This document shows, piece after piece, positions 60,564 through 64,000 of a stretch of DNA of 64,000 nucleotides. This DNA is from Bacteroidota bacterium (GTDB lineage: Bacteria > Bacteroidota > Bacteroidia > Chitinophagales > JADIYW01). Both the position numbers and the translations under genes were made by a program. The notes below the pieces were generated by a model, which was not told where the DNA came from, ran no database searches, and worked only from the letters and a program-made list of their open reading frames with translations. The DNA lies in the NCBI GenBank assembly GCA_020436225.1, contig JAGQYE010000086.1, forward strand, positions 4,410 through 68,409, written 5' to 3'. Each line of letters starts with the position of its first letter. Position 1 is the first letter of the stretch.

Positions 60564-61961
60564 TTGAAAAAAAAATATTTAGTCCTTTTTCTTATCTGTA
60601 CACAAATTGTAAGTGTATCTGCCCAAAAGTTACATCTCGCTTTCAGCGACAGCATTATAGAAAAGCCATTCAATATTTGGATTAAAACATTTGACAATGG
60701 TGTTTTTTCTATAAAAGATTCCTTTCTTGTAAATAATGAGAATAAACAAAATATCTATTTTAACCTACCAAATTATATTGGCTATATCGAAGTTTTAAAA
60801 GACAATAAAAATGCTAAAAACGGCATTGGCATCATATTTAATCCTAATGAAAAAGATGCTATTTTCTTGTTTAATCAAGAAGATATAAAAAAGAAAAATT
60901 TTCTATTTAAAAACTCGCCTGAAAATATTCGCTATAATATACTGATAGATTATATGGATAAATTCTTTCAGAAATTTGGAGAAATACGTAAACAAAGAAA
61001 TACTTTAAATCCATTTGATTCTTTATATCTCAATAAATTATTACATACAGAAACAAATCAAGATGCGCTGTATAGTGAAATGAATTTAATTGTCGATTCT
61101 ATTTTAAAAGTTGATACTACTTTATTCACAACAAAATTAGCCGACTTATTAAAAACACCTTGTAGTACTTCGCTCCCATCTTACAAAAAATATTTTGACA
61201 ATTTTAATGCTTTATTGCATTATCATTTATTTGATTATGTTGATTTCAACAACGAAAATATATTAAATCACCCGTTTTTTTACGATAAAATTGATCAATA
61301 CTTCAATTTATATTGTAATGACAATAACATCCAAAACGGCATAGATATTTTAATGCAAAAAGCTTCAAAAAATGAAAAAGTAAAATCAGTTGTCATCAAT
61401 TATTTAGTTAGCTATTTCTTATCTAATAAGAACGATGATTTGGTAGCTTATGTATATGAAAAATATGGAGAATTGTGTAGTATAAATTTAGGAGCTAAAC
61501 AGATGAAAGAATTTTCCAATATTGTGCACACACAAGTTGGTTCAACAATTCCGGATATTGTTTTATACGATTCAAAAAACAATATGCAATCTGTACTTCA
61601 AACTGCATCCAAAAATAAATATACTATCGTATATGTTTGGTTGTCATCTTGCAGTGCTTGTAAAACAAAAACTCCAAAATTAGTTGAGCAAACTAAACCT
61701 TACTTAAATAAAGGCTTGAGTGTTTTTTCCATTTCCTTAGATGAAAATAAAGATGCATGGTTTTCATCAATACTTAAATATCAAACTGAGAAATGGACAA
61801 ATGTTGCCGAATTAGTTACTTTACAAAACTCATCTATTTTGCCAAAACTCAATATCCGAGCAACTCCAAAATTATTTATTATAGACAACAAAGGAACGAT
61901 TATTGCCAAAGATTTATACAATGATGAATTAAATTCAGAATTAAAATCCTTATTCAAATGA
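60564..61961 (+). CDS. secreted protein with C-terminal TlpA-like thioredoxin fold (CSAC)
   Basis: TTG start with signal peptide ...VSAQ. About 320 aa of unknown N-domain. The last ~130 aa read YTIVYVWLSSCSACKTKTPKL...SVFSISLDE...ATPKLFIIDNKGTIIAKD. Confidence 0.7.
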   Translation: MKKKYLVLFLICTQIVSVSAQKLHLAFSDSIIEKPFNIWIKTFDNGVFSIKDSFLVNNENKQNIYFNLPNYIGYIEVLKDNKNAKNGIGIIFNPNEKDAIFLFNQEDIKKKNFLFKNSPENIRYNILIDYMDKFFQKFGEIRKQRNTLNPFDSLYLNKLLHTETNQDALYSEMNLIVDSILKVDTTLFTTKLADLLKTPCSTSLPSYKKYFDNFNALLHYHLFDYVDFNNENILNHPFFYDKIDQYFNLYCNDNNIQNGIDILMQKASKNEKVKSVVINYLVSYFLSNKNDDLVAYVYEKYGELCSINLGAKQMKEFSNIVHTQVGSTIPDIVLYDSKNNMQSVLQTASKNKYTIVYVWLSSCSACKTKTPKLVEQTKPYLNKGLSVFSISLDENKDAWFSSILKYQTEKWTNVAELVTLQNSSILPKLNIRATPKLFIIDNKGTIIAKDLYNDELNSELKSLFK

Positions 61962-62443
61962 AAATAATCTTTTCGATACTAATCATTTGTTTTCTTTTAC
62001 CTATTCAAATAAAAGCGTTAGATAATTCAATTTCAACTATAACAAGCATATCAAAAAATGAATTTGACAATATAAAAAACCCGATTATTGGACAAATAGT
62101 TTTAGTAAAAGAAGATGCAACACTATATTATTACAATGGGAAAAATTGGTTGAGATTAAAAGGTGAATGTTTTCCTGAACCTTCTTCTCCAAAAATTGAT
62201 AGTATAATTTTGTCGGGTAATAATACACTCTTTTATTTTAATGATGAAAACAAAACTACACAACAATACCTAATAAAAAATTTAGACTCCAACAATGAAT
62301 ATTTAGTAAAAGAAAGTCCTGCAAAAATCAACTTAAATCTTAAGAAAGGAGTCTATAACTTCACCATTTTAGGTAAAAACGAATGTGGACTTTCCGGTCC
62401 TCGTTCATCAAAAAACATTGTAATTATTGAGGAACAAAAATAA
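61958..62443 (+). CDS. small secreted protein carrying the half-module (..IVLV..D..LYYYNGKNW..) plus an Ig/FN3-like segment
   Basis: 4-nt overlap with the upstream gene; signal peptide; NPIIGQIVLVKEDATLYYYNGKNWLRL. Confidence 0.6.
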   Translation: MKIIFSILIICFLLPIQIKALDNSISTITSISKNEFDNIKNPIIGQIVLVKEDATLYYYNGKNWLRLKGECFPEPSSPKIDSIILSGNNTLFYFNDENKTTQQYLIKNLDSNNEYLVKESPAKINLNLKKGVYNFTILGKNECGLSGPRSSKNIVIIEEQK

Positions 62444-62541
62444 ATTGTTCTAATTCGTTTAATAAATAACCTATAAAAATTATTTTTCAACCATTTTATC
62501 TAAAAAATAGCAAATTTTAATAATAATAAAACTATTTAAAG

Positions 62542-62787
62542 ATGAAGTATTTTACATTATTCTCTTTCATATTTCTTGCAACTAATTTTACCAATGCGCA
62601 AACCGGTAATGTTGGTATAGGAACGGCATCACCCAATGCAAGTGCCATATTAGAAGTAACATCAACCAATAAAGGAATATTAGCTCCACGTGTTTCTATA
62701 GGAAATGTTTCAGCTTTTGGTTTATCAGGAGATACCAAATCTGCGGGTATGATTGTGTATAATACCAAAATGTGTTTATCCAATTAG
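62542..62787 (+). pseudogene. truncated third paralog (signal peptide plus N-module only, 81 codons)
   Basis: MKYFTLFSFIFLATNFTNAQTGNVGIGTASPNASAILEVTSTNKGILAPRVSIGNVSAFGLSGDTKSAGMIVYNT, then KMCLSN-stop. The 3' end overlaps the convergent gene by 12 nt. Confidence 0.6.
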
Positions 62788-63207
62788 GTTCTTAAAAGCA
62801 CTAAACAGCAATACAGCAAAGCCTCCAACTTCACCTATTATTAAAAGATACATTCCATAAGTCGTAATTAAATTGCGTTGCTTGAATTGGTTTTCTGTAT
62901 GTTTCGTTATTCCTAAAATGATGTAAGTAACAATGGCACTTCCAAAAAATAAAATAGGAATTAGTACAGCAAGAATTTCTATAGTTTCAGGCAAAGTACT
63001 TAAATGTGCAAATTCTTTCAACACCAAACAAGCAAAAGCGTACATCAATGCTGCGCGATGAGCAATGTCAACATAAATATGAGCTTGATGTGTCGGACTT
63101 TTCATAATACTGAAATATTTCCAAACACCAGTCAACAATCCTATCATAAAATAAATGCCACAAGCTATTAAAGCAAGCATTTCCGGTGTTTGTATTTCTG
63201 TGTGCAT
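62776..63207 (-). CDS. four-TM membrane protein, hypothetical
   Basis: 143 aa with four hydrophobic helices. Confidence 0.6.
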   Translation of the reverse strand: MHTEIQTPEMLALIACGIYFMIGLLTGVWKYFSIMKSPTHQAHIYVDIAHRAALMYAFACLVLKEFAHLSTLPETIEILAVLIPILFFGSAIVTYIILGITKHTENQFKQRNLITTYGMYLLIIGEVGGFAVLLFSAFKNLIG

Positions 63208-63271
63208 TTTTTATTTTTTTTTGATTTGAATAAAATTAGACAAACTTCATAAATTTGAAATAGCATTTCTA

Positions 63272-64000
63272 CTACATTTTCTCATCATTTATAAAATTCA
63301 AAAATAAATGGAATAATTTTTTAGTTTTTTTGTTGTCATAAACTTGTTCTCCCAAATGACTCACCCATCGAATACCGCGAATAGCATTGCTCACAAAAAG
63401 TTCATCTGCTTGATATAATTCTTGAATAGAAATGGATTTTTCTTCAATTTCCGGAAAATTGTTGAGCAAAAAAGAACGCATTACACCGACAACCGGCGCA
63501 TCTGACAAAGGTGGCGTATAAATCTTATTATTTTTAATCATAAAGACATTATAAATGCACGCATCTGCAAGTGTATTATTTTCATTAAAAACAAAAGCAT
63601 CAGCACACAAGTTGAGCTTGGCATAATTCAAAGCATCATTATATATTTTTCTATCGGTATGTTTTAAATTGGAAAACGTATCTATCTTTTTTTGTTGAAG
63701 TAGATAAGGTAAAATAGGCAAACCTTGCTCTTGCCAAATGTAATTTGCATCTTCTAATTTTGAAAAGGAGAAGTTGAAATTCATTTTACTGTTTATGCTT
63801 GGATGAATTTCCAATCTCAACCGAAATGCTTGCGTTTCTTCTTCTTTATTTTGAATTAAATTAGTGCTAATAAAATTTTCAATCGCATTTCTAATTTCCG
63901 ACTCCGAAAATGGAAAATTTAAAATTGAAAAACCATTTCGTAGTCGATTAAGATGTAACAAAAACAACATCGGTTTTCCGTTTACTACTTTGATGGTTTC
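63272..64000 (-). CDS. class IV aminotransferase-fold protein (aminodeoxychorismate lyase-like), N-terminus beyond window
   Basis: The frame stays open upstream of the track Met to base 64000 (ETIKVVNGKPMLFLLHLNRL, a typical fold-type IV start). C-terminal ELFVSNAIRGIRWV. Confidence 0.65.
   Translation of the reverse strand, partial: ETIKVVNGKPMLFLLHLNRLRNGFSILNFPFSESEIRNAIENFISTNLIQNKEEETQAFRLRLEIHPSINSKMNFNFSFSKLEDANYIWQEQGLPILPYLLQQKKIDTFSNLKHTDRKIYNDALNYAKLNLCADAFVFNENNTLADACIYNVFMIKNNKIYTPPLSDAPVVGVMRSFLLNNFPEIEEKSISIQELYQADELFVSNAIRGIRWVSHLGEQVYDNKKTKKLFHLFLNFINDEKM

Overview
AT-rich chromosomal segment that looks like Bacteroidota, probably Flavobacteriia- or Sphingobacteriia-like. 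Supporting signs are T9SS C-terminal sorting domains, TAnnTTTG -7 promoter boxes, a 288-aa RpoD, the bacillithiol deacetylase BshB1 and TonB-dependent receptors. I call about 65 protein genes. The stretch from 11.9 to 53.9 kb is mostly housekeeping: gyrA, pnp, rpsO, rpoD, rpe, trxB, coaE, yajC, hemE, ftsE, folC, mtgA, holA, glmM, a TPR histidine kinase with a NarL-type regulator, a P450, a sulfotransferase and a GT2/STELLO-like pair. There are two accessory-looking blocks. (i) 0.4-10.5 kb holds a minus-strand run of lipoproteins and secreted proteins, including an ELWxxDGT-repeat T9SS cargo. It is followed by a tightly packed plus-strand seven-gene operon of small membrane and secreted proteins of unknown function, including one paralog pair. 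(ii) 54-62.8 kb holds an M43 protease and a T9SS cargo, then an operon of signal-peptide proteins built on a recurring GNVGIGT / IVYNT..YYYNG.KW module. These have unrelated 6-Cys C-terminal tips, a thioredoxin-fold protein, a small module-only protein, and a truncated third copy joined to the second by a 131-nt near-identical direct repeat. Block (ii) is my best candidate for an undescribed system. Between block (i) and the core lies a 1.4-kb gene-poor stretch. It contains a decayed nuclease-like pseudogene (three in-frame stops), a 61-nt hairpin element, an AGCG-word-rich segment and a MITE-like inverted-repeat element. A cobalamin riboswitch (minus strand, about 52789-52967) controls a BtuB-like receptor plus a beta-propeller lipoprotein. 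I found no rRNA, tRNA, CRISPR array, transposase, integrase or recognisable defence gene. All family assignments come from motif recognition by eye, with no database search, and hand-counted numbers are flagged as such.
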